A DNA stretch of 64,000 bases, taken from Candidatus Kapaibacterium sp. (lineage in GTDB: Bacteria; Bacteroidota; Ignavibacteria; OLB7). This document shows positions 31,501 through 41,300 of this stretch, piece after piece; the first letter of the stretch is position 1; each line of letters begins with the position of its first letter. The DNA is taken from positions 285 through 64,284 of the forward strand of contig DASZRW010000112.1 in NCBI GenBank assembly GCA_035549015.1. Direction: 5' to 3'. The position numbers were made by a program, and so were the translations under genes. The notes beneath the pieces were generated by a model. The model ran no database searches, was not told the origin of the DNA, and worked only from the letters and a program-made list of their open reading frames with translations.

Positions 31501-34500
31501 GAATGGCGCTCGTATACGGACTCGTGGAGGCGGCCGCCAGCGTCTGATAGATGGCCATGATGTCATCGCAGATCACCGCGTCGAACTGCGTCAACGTTCC
31601 GGGATCGTTCCCCGAAGCCGGCCGGCGCAGCTTGCACAGCTTGCAGAGACAGACGAACAGCGCGAACCAGCGATCGCAGTCCACACAGCTCGCGGCGCAC
31701 GCTACCGGCTTCTCCGCGAGCTGCGGAGCGAGCGTGGCAAGGCTCGCGCAGACACGCGTGATGAAGCAGTCCAGCGACCGACGCACGTATGGGGAGACAC
31801 GGCGGCTGCCGGAGTACACCACCATCGCGAACCCGAACATCACGCGCAGACGCTCGCACAACGACGGGCCGGTGCCCGGAAGCACGCTGGCACCGATCCC
31901 GGTCTCGAGCTGGAGACGGGGCGTAAGCTGTTCGATGCAGGAAAGGCTGGCCTGGAGCTGAATCATCGCCGAGGTGGACCAGATCGAATCCCCCACCGGG
32001 ATATCCACGCAGCAGAGCATGCGGTACATGCGCGGGATCATCGTGAGCTTGTCGCAATCGGCATCAAAGGCCGCGCACGGATCGGAGACGGTGGTCCCCG
32101 CGTTGCAGCAGCTGTCGCTCATCAGACTCCCGGTGGCGCAGCTGATGCTGCCGTCGCCGCCGAAGAACATGTTCGTCGCATAGAGGTTGTGCACCTCGGC
32201 GCGAAGGCAGTGGCGTCCCGGACCGAGATAGAGGGCGATGTCGAACGTCTCGTTGTTGACCATGATCTGCGGCGCCACGGAGTGCACCAGCGTTCCGTCA
32301 ACGTAGATGTCTGCGTAGTCGTCCGCGAAGTACGTGAACGTGATGCGCACGTCGCTGGCGCGGCAGAGACAGAAGCAGCGCTCGAACATCGTTATGCCGA
32401 TGTGGCTGTCGGACGCGCTGGCGTTCAGGGAAATCCAATGCGAGCTCCCGATCACCGGTCGCGATGTACCGCTGGTCACCGTCACCGTAGCCTGCGCAGG
32501 ATTCTTCACCTGGTCATCCACCGTGGTCATCACCCACGGCGCCGTGCCGGTAGCGAGCGTCAACTGCGGTATCGTGCAGCTCGTGCCGCAGAACGGAAGG
32601 CCGTCGTACACATCCTGCACCTGATCCATCTGGGCCTGCAGGTAGGAAACAGTGCCGGAGTCCATGCTGTCGCAGCAGGCGCAGTGTGTTGCGAACCAGT
32701 CGAGCAGGCTTCGGTGAATGTAGGCCCAGCGGTCGATCCCCTGTGCCATGCCGGCAAGCGCCGGATCCGTGGTCACGGTGGTATAGGTCCCTTCCACCAA
32801 CGTTCCCACACCCGTGTTGATGGCGTTCACCGTCTCGGCATAGGTGGGATTCGTCACGTCCGTGTAATAGCGATCGTGATGGCTCACGATGCAGTCCAGC
32901 ACGACGATCCAGTCCTCGCAGAGCGTGTTGACGTTGGAGCAGAGCTCCGGATGCGCATTGTTGAAGGCCGCGTAGGCGTCTGCGAACGCATCCATGAGCG
33001 CATTGAGCGCTGCAAGAAGAATGGGATCGATGCTGCCATGCTCGCAGAGCGAACGGAGGCGTGAGAGAATGGCGGAGAGCTTGGCGCAGAGCATCGCAAA
33101 CGATGGAGTCGTGGCCGGCGGTGCGTAGAGGTTCGAGCCATCGTTGAGCAACCAGTCCAGCTGATCGATGATCGCCCCGAGATCGTCCACGAAGTCATCG
33201 ATCACATCCTGCGGCAGAATCGTCCGCTGGCCGCAATACTTCTTCAGGCAGCGAAGCTTCGGCAGCCAGTTGTCGCACCATCCTGAGGGAATGGAGGTGC
33301 TCGTGCTGCACAGGTTCGGATAGGCCGCCTGGAGCGCATCGACTGCGCTCTGCAACTGCTGCAGCAGGGTCTTCAGGGTGATCAACAGAATCGGATCGAC
33401 GCCGTTTGCGCAGTAGGTGGTGATGTCGCTCTGGATGGTGGAGACCTTCAGGCAGAACAACGCGATGTCATCCAGTTCCGCGGGATCGCTCCGCCCTGGA
33501 ACCGAGTGGTAGATGGCGTCGACGGCAGCGCCCAGCTTGTTGAGCACGGTGGTGCGCAGGTCGTCGGTAAGAATGGCCTTCTCCGAGCAGATGCGCGAGA
33601 GGCAGCCGAGGAGCGAGTTCCACGTGCTGCAATCGGTCATCGGAACCGTGTCCGCACAGATGTCGCCGTAGGTGGCCTTGACTCCCGTCATCGACGACTC
33701 CAACCCCACGAGCAGGTTGTCGAGCTGCGTACGGCGGTTGTGCGACCACGGGAAGAGCGCCTTTGTGCAGAGGAAGGTGAAGTATCCGTCCAAAGTCTGC
33801 ACCATCTGGCAGAGCTGGCTGATATCATGATTCAACTGCCCCACGGGCGGCCGCATATTCAGGAACGTATACGCCGAGGCGAGCTGCGCGTTCAGTGCCG
33901 TGTAGAGTGCGTTCTGCAGCGAGCCGGGGAGCGTCGCCCACTTGTCGCAGAGCTTCTTCAGGCAGTCCAGCAGATCGAGCCAGCGCTTGCAGTAATCCTT
34001 CTCCGGCGGCCGGCAGAGCGTAAGGCTCTCACCTTCCATCACATCGCTCAGCAGTTGCCGCTTGTCGTACAGCCGCGTATACCAGGGTTCGATCGTGGCG
34101 GCCCACGGCGGCAGCGTCAGACGGCTTGCGCCGCACACACGACACCACCAGGCCCAGAAGCTGACGATGTAGCTCAACCGGTCGCAGTCGCTCGAGGGCG
34201 CCGGCGAGATCCAGCCCGGCATTCCCTCGCCTACGGCAATTCCCTGGATCTGCGGGAAGAGGCTGTTCACATCGGCTGCGATGTTGCCGTCGTAGTAGGT
34301 GGTGACGTCCGAGGGAAGCGACGGGCGCCGCGCGCAGAACCGGCAGAAACAATCCAGCAGATCGCGCCAGCGCTTGCAGAGGTCCATGATCTGCGGATCG
34401 ATCACGAGATAGCTCACCGCCACCACGTTCTCGAACGCCTCCTCGTACGGCGAGGTGAAGTCCTCGATAGTATAGCGCTGCGCCCATGTCAACGTGCTCA

Positions 34501-35140
34501 TCGTGGCCATCGCCGCCATGGTGATATCGGTCACGTACTGCGACGTCTCCAACAGGGTCTGCCCGGTGGGGGCCGGGCTTGCTCCGATCGCCGTGGCAAC
34601 CCGCTCCAGCCTGGGCAGTTGCGTGTTGATCGTTGCCTGCAGCGTCGCCACCTCCGCGATACCCACGAAGTTGTTGATCTGCGCCACGCCCAGGCATAGC
34701 CAGCGATAGAAGTTCGAGTAGTTGTAGCGATTGCGGCACAGCCAGTCCGGATCGTAGGAAACCGGATAATCGCGGAAGTCCACCTGGAACGAAACGGAGA
34801 CGGAGCTCGATCCCGCCGGCCCGGACAACATCACCGTCATCGAATACTGCTGCGTGGGAGGCGCCGGCGGTATCGAATACGTGAGCGAGGCGGAACCGCT
34901 GGTTGGTGCCATCGGGTTGCCGCCGCTTATCTGCACATTCACCGGAAGCGACATCGATCCGAACGGTGGCGGATCGAGACCCTTCAGGTGATCGGCGAAC
35001 GTAACAGGAAGGCCCGGCGTCAGCATCGACGTCAGAGTCGTGATCTCCCCTCCGGCGTTGATGGTGATGGTGTACTGGCCGGGCGAGATATTACCGGGCG
35101 CCGTGATCGAAGTCAGCGAGAATAACGCTACCTGGCTCAT
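25553..35140 (-). CDS. giant leaderless protein (3195 aa) with ~9 copies of a novel Cys-containing helical repeat in its N-terminal half. The C-terminal half is beta-rich, of unknown fold, with an FN3-like end
   Basis: A single uninterrupted 9.6-kb ORF with protein-like composition. Repeats include CKRWRDLLDCFCRFC..PSLPSDV, CKRWLDLLDCLKKLC..ATLPGSL, CSTWNSLLGCLSRIC..AILTDDL, CDNWLPKLRCLKKYC..TILPQDV, CEDWIVVLDCIVSH, CDRWFALFVCLCKLC, CPSWIWRLECLY and HDWLELLECICKAC. No signal peptide, no recognisable catalytic motif. Confidence 0.8.
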   Translation of the reverse strand: MSQVALFSLTSITAPGNISPGQYTITINAGGEITTLTSMLTPGLPVTFADHLKGLDPPPFGSMSLPVNVQISGGNPMAPTSGSASLTYSIPPAPPTQQYSMTVMLSGPAGSSSVSVSFQVDFRDYPVSYDPDWLCRNRYNYSNFYRWLCLGVAQINNFVGIAEVATLQATINTQLPRLERVATAIGASPAPTGQTLLETSQYVTDITMAAMATMSTLTWAQRYTIEDFTSPYEEAFENVVAVSYLVIDPQIMDLCKRWRDLLDCFCRFCARRPSLPSDVTTYYDGNIAADVNSLFPQIQGIAVGEGMPGWISPAPSSDCDRLSYIVSFWAWWCRVCGASRLTLPPWAATIEPWYTRLYDKRQLLSDVMEGESLTLCRPPEKDYCKRWLDLLDCLKKLCDKWATLPGSLQNALYTALNAQLASAYTFLNMRPPVGQLNHDISQLCQMVQTLDGYFTFLCTKALFPWSHNRRTQLDNLLVGLESSMTGVKATYGDICADTVPMTDCSTWNSLLGCLSRICSEKAILTDDLRTTVLNKLGAAVDAIYHSVPGRSDPAELDDIALFCLKVSTIQSDITTYCANGVDPILLITLKTLLQQLQSAVDALQAAYPNLCSTSTSIPSGWCDNWLPKLRCLKKYCGQRTILPQDVIDDFVDDLGAIIDQLDWLLNDGSNLYAPPATTPSFAMLCAKLSAILSRLRSLCEHGSIDPILLAALNALMDAFADAYAAFNNAHPELCSNVNTLCEDWIVVLDCIVSHHDRYYTDVTNPTYAETVNAINTGVGTLVEGTYTTVTTDPALAGMAQGIDRWAYIHRSLLDWFATHCACCDSMDSGTVSYLQAQMDQVQDVYDGLPFCGTSCTIPQLTLATGTAPWVMTTVDDQVKNPAQATVTVTSGTSRPVIGSSHWISLNASASDSHIGITMFERCFCLCRASDVRITFTYFADDYADIYVDGTLVHSVAPQIMVNNETFDIALYLGPGRHCLRAEVHNLYATNMFFGGDGSISCATGSLMSDSCCNAGTTVSDPCAAFDADCDKLTMIPRMYRMLCCVDIPVGDSIWSTSAMIQLQASLSCIEQLTPRLQLETGIGASVLPGTGPSLCERLRVMFGFAMVVYSGSRRVSPYVRRSLDCFITRVCASLATLAPQLAEKPVACAASCVDCDRWFALFVCLCKLCKLRRPASGNDPGTLTQFDAVICDDIMAIYQTLAAASTSPYTSAIPMSAAGSPPTDCCELLRRSTVFLGLACMYGLSIPSAQRTQLEAQYVQLRGEYDRLRTQLGATFTGTCTDTCPSWIWRLECLYVAALRFGELSSTLRASFTSLFSSRITALFNAITPAPAGAGAPSSSLASGDAYKLFEVLRTLHLTCGPCRTMPSGVATLLNSGLATFIADYATWTAQLAAAGVVFCAESVDICAHLHGLVGYSDLLCGVDPPSGAPAVIALEDIFTRTQQEIASLARNLRLTQTMLPGGAFCNRLEFVVDLLATAFSRYQELAPQARVVVDYLDAQLAAQSAAYAATIANDLPRPETAMTAFRHDWLELLECICKACAMVGGMSAQERAGATDLVNLVEGNPSDLRTAIDALYALVIPKAVLLGLPIADDPCATTTCMRARVAISFFTAYCLRCSSPDAAVVAYFAPVLDQLRQATVLLRSKLYAVGRNVCGEEDTQAYTIQSQFLYLQAVGSDGFNNGGDGSAGGVHLRWAFLNDLGNRHLPKGPYTRPGSPYFASYGYNKPDDYVAIYRTRYVDTDTTKYFPATIDLSATTQQRPTDVSQDGGVWTWTYTNVQVDRQLFPSAVVTLTLRFVDDGSYRTLRQNNTPTDPKNVGADVAYIVANFTGTVEVETDLNLMFAFELTSPSLAAMTTRVEAISLNEDPSAAAAPLFISARRRFVGNGTRHKVMSEAVQYFRFRYSGGAPGALLVETYADFYTATHRRYLWKKIGNYALTLDTTEAARRLEDTTRFNVDGAWPKYGHTLEGQAPRVKVVNYLDRWLPNRHYLPDGHADPTYDPSRPAFERDPKQSIRTAVESYLQRSVDPAQVEAWLTQAPVLSTDSGSINISALRMLLLAAQDYHVARMLGLGMIDPDVPLAGDAAGQRYIYMAEYVTPADPAKRITAMTHRYLSLPTGRSDVRLPAPVTIASIEPLVHEDFTDSQGYTRYADARYLNVNRGTVAIDLPVGDFFADTTEFSHGTATKPMQFGIRITKPDGTSPSDWRQVYPVNDFGEYEPSGYVPYADQDGHPELHGIPDTGNPVFVHRIENLPGNDFARRYGIFGINWFSRASAIGVYSNTITTSFPKYNSLLPPANLAVQYIQREVPPVLTSLSEQAQIATHGKRTRVLFDWNHVHNIAYQSADRVQFFFRTDAPVSIRGVVKNPQSISGNGDVYVEADAYPDLTADPSKGSITVEPIVTSSQISQQVFVGSIFATSTHRFIVVEVTAAGNNYARFHLTPMETTDENGVKKTEAYDPPKAGTTFMVVENLANTARWRALPSSVIQLADFTRLPYPQVPVYTEQLVENGQSRTLTVGGLFEPAARLERVDTITVPPGSPAIDAPPGVYKITCPTIMLFDYNVQYPNNPWFVEFYRGTVRVPDPAASGRMKAVQVIKFLVDQGKFTIYVFDPSDTIGPHTGFATVPMNFHPSYRGYIDLLAGGIPESDIMPTGDAPTRQTYIAAYSMDSPRGYTSSLTPAAVQIAHNVADPVKPLALSGPAYATRPDFYGKSSCSVDMPVAANRTPYGAVFYRGDEEAVLRALYKQDTIDNVIRPHLNSVAHDDAYISQWRELVTGVVDTTGPNARRFKVYNGFAFPVPDNPDAELFDPVHLADPDDPAHPTPYRKAFVPSRLPGDPAQGLIPSALDDIREVIAGAMVPLTERPILTSLVDVDDALVTSSQKPVVRDANGELLTAEDPGFNPYPMVRRTASGTTIRFTDYALDGASRNIFFYCAREISNTLAVGPVSDILGPVRLVNAAPSAAPAIRHVIVAEAQQGFGLQQSVNFTVTPYPDAEGITAIRLYRALTAADATSTRTMTLVGTFDVATLAQTLEGWIVRDLFADIDPPFGSPIFYRLAGVRPLSYLHLGQMRNEEIESLPSEIVLVNVVDSANPVPPAIDATYDAYHDPLQNNALTEYRNVVLTWYATSVQSTYALYKMQSNGNWKLVAAPTTAPTMLYNAGTLPKLVDGAVVYHRYKVVVTNSYGLRNLDDVIFTL

Positions 35141-35361
35141 GTCGTTCTGTTGGGTTGCTGCACGTTGATGTGGTCGTACTTCGTACCGCCGGAAAAGCCG
35201 GCGGCATCGCGGCGTCCGAAGCGCACGGATGGTTCGCCAATGTGGCCGATGCCGAATGCTGCAGTGTTACGTGATGCCGGCCGAGTGGTTGATTACACGA
35301 GGTCTCGGAGCTGACCGGCACGGTGGCGCGCCGATGCCCCGGCGCGCCACCCACGGGTTGG

Positions 35362-38300
35362 TCACGTGATCGTCAACGTCACGGTTTCGGTTGGAACCGT
35401 CTGCTCGTTGAACTGGCCGCCGCCGGCATCCACGAGCACTGTAGCGACGTCGTATGTCTGGCCGTTGAACAGCCGGTACTGGAACCCGATCTGAACCGTC
35501 CCGGTGGCCACCACACCGGTACGCGTAGAGATGAAGATGTTCGCGAGATCCTTCGAGAAGATCACCCGCTGATCCGATGCGGCACCGAACCCGGTCAACA
35601 CGATTCCCTTTGCCACTTCCGCCGCCGGAAGCTTCGGATCGTTGAACGGCTCCGGACTGCGAACCAGGATGCCGAGCACCGGGCCGCCGGCGCTCTCGCG
35701 CACGATCGTGAACTCCGTCGTCACCGCCGGCGGCAGCATGTTGATTCGCAGCACACCGTTCACCAGGGCGTCGTACGGAAGCGGGTACTGCGCGCGCAAC
35801 GCCTGGTACGGAGTGGTGTTCGGCACCGTCCCCTCGATCAACGTGCGCGCGGTTGCCACGTCCGTTCCCAACGGAAGCACGTAGTCGAAGATTGCCTTCT
35901 TCGGCTGCCCTCCATCGTTCGGCATCAGATAGCTGCCGATATGCTCCGCAAGGCTGCGATACCGCGATGTCTGGAACACGTAGCGATGCACTTCCCGGTC
36001 CACCGGCGAATCCCCGTCGTTGAAGAACACCGCCGTGAACGACGCCGCATACATGCGATTCGGTTCCAGTGTCACGGGCGTCACCGTGCGGCGCGCCGGC
36101 GGCGGTGTGTTCGGGTCCAGCTGCTCCAGAGGTGTCAACGTTGCACAGTCCGAATTCGGCTTGTTCTGTATCATATACTTGAACAGCCGGAATTCCTTCG
36201 GCTCCTTCGGCGCCGGGTCCTGCTCCCATCGCGGCTCGTCCACCACGATCGCATCGCTCGCCGGCATGGTTGGATCCAGCAGAACGGTCTTCAACGCAAC
36301 GTTCGCGCGCGGCAGCCCCTGGTACTGGTTCCACGTGGCGAACATGGTGTCCATGTAGTCCACGCGATAGTAGAGCGCGAGATGCGCGGATTCGTAGTAG
36401 AGCGGCTTGGCACCGATGATGTTGCCGTCGGCGTTGGGATACGACCGCTCGTAGTCCACATAGTGCTTCAGGTTCGCGTACTTGTACTCCGTCTCGCCAT
36501 GGCTCTGCACAAGCCCGGCATAGGCTTCGTTGTAGGCCGGCGGATTCGCCGCGCCGATCTCGTGGAAGTGGCCGATCGGGCCGGCGGTCCGGAATCCGAA
36601 CGTGTAGTACTTCGTGTACGAGGTGCCGCCGCTGACTACCTCCCTGGTCTTGATCATCACCGCATAGGTCGTGTTCGGCCGCCAGAGCGGCTGCGGGAAG
36701 TCCTTGAGCGCTACCAGCATGTCGTTGGTTGCGTTGCGCACGGCCGTCGGGTCCGGGAGGTCGTCGTTGTAGACATGGTCGGCCTCGGCAAGCCAGCAGA
36801 TCTCGTGCACGTAGGTGTAGCACGGGGCGTTCTGCCCGGTGTCGCAGTCGGCGGCCGGCACGATGGTGATCCGGTCGATCGGCACGTCCTTGTTGTCGTA
36901 CGCCACCTGCTGCGTGAGCTCGGCGCGGGTTCTGGTCTCGCGTTTCATCAACGGATCGTACGGCCCGGCAACCGGTGGCGGGCAAAGCCGTCCGTGGCCG
37001 CCGTGCGTGCCGGTACCATGCACGGCATCGCGCAGATCGTTGTAGCTGGTGAAGATCGACTCCAGCCCGCCCGAAGCATCCACGTTCGCGTAGTCCAGTG
37101 CACGCACGGCGAAGTAGTTGGCGATGGTGCGGCTCTTCCTGCACAGCCCAACGCCCTGGCCTGCCTGGGCCGTTGCCCCCGCCGCATCGGCGAGCGCGAG
37201 CAGCTTCACGTACGCGCCATCCAGCAGCGCGCCGAATGCGCCCTCGAAGCCGGTGCCTGTATCACTGAAGACATCGGCAGGGAGACGGCTGCGGACCGCA
37301 CACGTACGGGCCAGGCAGCGGAACACCGCCAGCCAGCGCTCGCAGAGCGTCTGGCATTGCCCGCTTGCAGCGCTGGACCCCGAATAGTCCGCAACGAGCA
37401 ACTGCAGCGCGTTGTAGAAGGCGAGCATCTCGCTCTCCTGATGCGGGGAGACTCTGGAGAGATCCGTGTAGGCAATCACCAGGATCTCCACATAGCGCGC
37501 CACCATCGTGCAGAAGTCGCTCGCCGGCCAGCTCGCCGGCACGGACGCAAGGCCGTAGATGCTGGCGAGCTGATTGGCCATCGGCGCGAAGTTCTGCATC
37601 AACGTGATGATGTTCGCCAGCGGATACGTGGCGAGTTGGTTCGATGTCGGTGCCACGTTGCAGAGCGCGCGATAGTTCGCTATCAGGGTTGTACGGCGCG
37701 TAACGGGATCCACATGCGGCGAGTCGCAGATCGCCACACGGGAGTCCGCGTCCAGAGCGGAGAGCGCACTCTGGAGCGATGCGAACGCCGATTCCAACTG
37801 CGGCATCGCCCCGGCAACCGCCGTGCTGACCGACGCCGGGAAGCTCTGCCCGCGCAGGCAGCTTGGATAGACATTCGCCAGAATGTTCCGCACGAAGAAC
37901 ATCACGATATCGAGCGGCGCATCGAGCGGCAGCAGGATGATGCCGTTCGATTCCGGCACCACATGTTCCAGCGCGTTCACTGCGGAAAGGATCGAGAAGA
38001 GCACGTTGAAATCGTTCGCCATCTGCTGCACGACGGAGTCCGGCAGATACGTATGGCGATCCAGCAGTGACCTCAGGCACTCCACGATCTCGATCAGGCG
38101 ATTGCAGTCGTTGGAGAGGCCGGATGCGTTGCACACCACGCCGGTGAACGGAGCCAGCTTGCCTGCCTTGAAGGTCACGAGCCCGGCTTCGAAGGCGGCG
38201 ACATGATCGTTCAGATAGGTGACCGCATCCGTCGGCGCGGATGCGCACCGGGTCTGGAGCATCGTCAGCATGTTCGCGATCGCGTTCACCTGGTCGCACC

Positions 38301-41300
38301 GGTTCGTGCTGGCTGCCGCACCGGAAAGCGGTCGCCCGGTGGTGAACGCATCCAGTGCAACGGCGGAGTACAGGCCATCGATGCGATCGCGGAAGAACTG
38401 CTCGTCGGCTCCGAGCGTCCCGAAGGAATTGCAGATCGAGCAGAGACACTCCAGCGCATCGATCCACTCCGTCACGAACGTCTCCACGCTCTCGGTAGGG
38501 CCGGTAAGGTCCTGCCCCTTCACATCCTGCTCGTACGCAGACACGGAGCTCTGCAGGTCTGCGTAGAAGTTCCGCACTCGCAGCGAGAGCGTTCCATCCA
38601 GCGCATCCGGCGAAGCCAGCGCCAGCGTCACCACGCGCAGTGCCCGCCGCAGATCCGGGCAGAGCGAATTGGACTGGGATGTTGCATCCAGTCCGAACAG
38701 GTGCTCCAGGCTGACGATGGTGTCGTTGAAGCCGTTCAGGAGCGACAGGATCGCCGGTATCGCCTGCGACCCGCTCTGCGTATCGAAACAGAGGAGCCGC
38801 GGGATTGCGATCAGGTCGCGCCAGGCACCGCCGCAGCTCGAGGCCGAGCCTCCTCCCGAACCGCATGCATCGCCACTGCTTCCCGCAAGCGCCGTGCGAA
38901 CCTGCTTCACCACGCTGGCAAGCGGTTCGTAGAGCGGCGCGTTGAATTGATCCACCAGCGTGAGCGTGGCCGTTTGAATCGCACCGAGGTTCAATGTGAG
39001 GAGGGCGAAGAACTCGGCGATCGTCCGCACCTTCCCGCTCCGGTCAGTCTGCCCGGCGGGCTGGTTCATATGAACGCCGAGCCCGTTGGCCTGCTCCGTG
39101 AGCGCATCGTAGATCCAGTCCACCTCGGGATCCACCAGCGCCGTCATCATGGACTGCACATAGGCCGGGAACGTCGAGCGATTGTCATAGAGCGTTCCCA
39201 GGCAGACCACAACGTCGAACCACTTCTCGTAGAACTCGTTCTGCGGAGCGGGCGGCGCATCCGGTTCCTCGCCGGACTCCGCGAGCAGTGAAACGTACTG
39301 GTCCGTGTAGCGCTTCACATCCTGATAGAAGTACTGCACGTTCTGCTGCAGCGCCGTGGGCGGGCGATCCTTGCCGGCCAATGCAACGATCACCGTGCCG
39401 AGCATTTCGCGAAGGCGTTCGCAGAATGTAGGGGCCGCCGCCGGTGCGCTCAGATGAAAGAGCTGGCGGAGGTAGTAGTTCGTCTTCGCAAACGACTTGG
39501 ACATCAATGTGCCGATGGCGGCCACGGGCGCGAGGTTCACGTCCGGTCCGTTCGTTCCGCTGCAGAGCGTGCGCGTGAAGCGCGGCATTGCGCGCATCAT
39601 CTCCCAGAACGAATCATCGCCGCCACCTGCCGATGGTCCCGAAGGAACGGCATCCCAGCTGTTCGGCCGCGTCGACACACCGGCCTGCTGGCTGGACGGC
39701 GGAGCAGATGCATACCCGCGATAGTAGGAGATCGTTGCCTTCGTTGCCGAGGTGGTCACCTTCATCCAGACCTTCGTGACCGTCGCTGGGAAATAGAACT
39801 CGATGCGATTCCCCGGGTCGATGCGCAGCGCGGCACTCTTGTCGAAGCCGCTGAAGCTTACCACGCGTGCCGATCCGTTGTCCGTGCGGAAGGCCAGCTT
39901 CCGGTCGAACACCCTGGTCTGTGCCGCGAACGGCGGCGCCGAAGTCATCCCCTCCCAGTCCAGGCAGGTCGGGTCAACCGGCGCAGGAGGGCAGAGAAGC
40001 ACTGTCGGCGGGAAGCCGAGTTCCGTGGGGGGCACGTCCGCGTTCTGCCCCAGCGGCGTGCGCCCGAGAAGCCGCAGCCGCGTGTAATGGCTCGGATCGG
40101 AAAGCTGCCATGCGCCATACTTCAGGCGCCGCGCCACCTCGGTCTCGAGCTGGGTAGAGTTGTTGAGAAGGTCCGGGTACTTGCTGATGAGCAGGCGCCG
40201 AAGCGGCGAGTTGGCATGCTCCATCTCGTACGGCAGCCATGCGCCGCCGTCACGATAATAGATCGCCACTTCGTCCACATTGTACTCGTGATGCACCTGC
40301 GGCGAGTGTCCCGGCTGCGGCGGCACGTACTCGTCGTTCTTCAGATCCGTGGTCACCGGGCCAAGCTTCGCGATGGACGAGCTGTCGCCGTTCGGCTTCA
40401 CCGGCTTGGAGAAGTCGATGTCGATGAACGAATCCACAGGGATGGTGAAGTGCGCGAAGTCTCCGATCCACGTGTTCACCGGCGCATCGTTCGATCCCGT
40501 GGATCCTATCACCGTTGGAGCCGGAATCGCGGGCGCGGACTGGTTCTGGTCCGGAGTATACGTCTCCGCCAGGAAGTTGACCGGGAAGCTCTCGCCGGTC
40601 AGCATGTGCACCGCACGAACCGGATGCGCGCCATCCACACGATACTGGTCCAGCTTCCGCGCGGCGCTTGGCTGGAAGAGGCCGATCTCGTGCAGGTTCG
40701 GAGTGGGATCGAACTCCCATGTCAGATCCACCGAGAGGCCGAGGTTGGGAATCGGCCACGGCAGGTCGAGCTCGATGCTGAAGCTGCCGCCGATGATGAA
40801 CGGGTGCGGCGCCTCGCCACGCAGCGTGGCCGTCACCGTAAGCCGGAACCCGATGCCGAACACCTTCAACTCCGCATAGCCCATCAGCTTCATCCATGCG
40901 CCGATCTGCGCCGGATGGAAGTTGATCTTTCCTCCCACCTCCATGCTCGCACCAAGTCCAACCTTCGCGATGCCGCAGTCCTTGACGATCTTCAGCGACA
41001 CACCGGCGCCGGCACGGATGCCGCTCGAGGAGAGCATCAGGTAGGCCCAGCCGTTGAGGATCTTCAACAGCGTCGCGGAGATGCGCTTGGCCTCCGGCGT
41101 ATCGCGGCCGATGTTGATGTACCAGCTCGAAGCGTTGCCGAAGAAGAACGCCAGCTCCATCGTGGCATCGATCTTCAGAATCTCTCCGCCCGAATCCGGC
41201 TTTCCTTCCTCGGGATCGGGCAGGTGGTAGTTGACGCCGATCGCCGCTTCCACGCTCTTCCTGGAGAGCGCGAACGAGGCGAAGAACGGGGGATCGTCCG

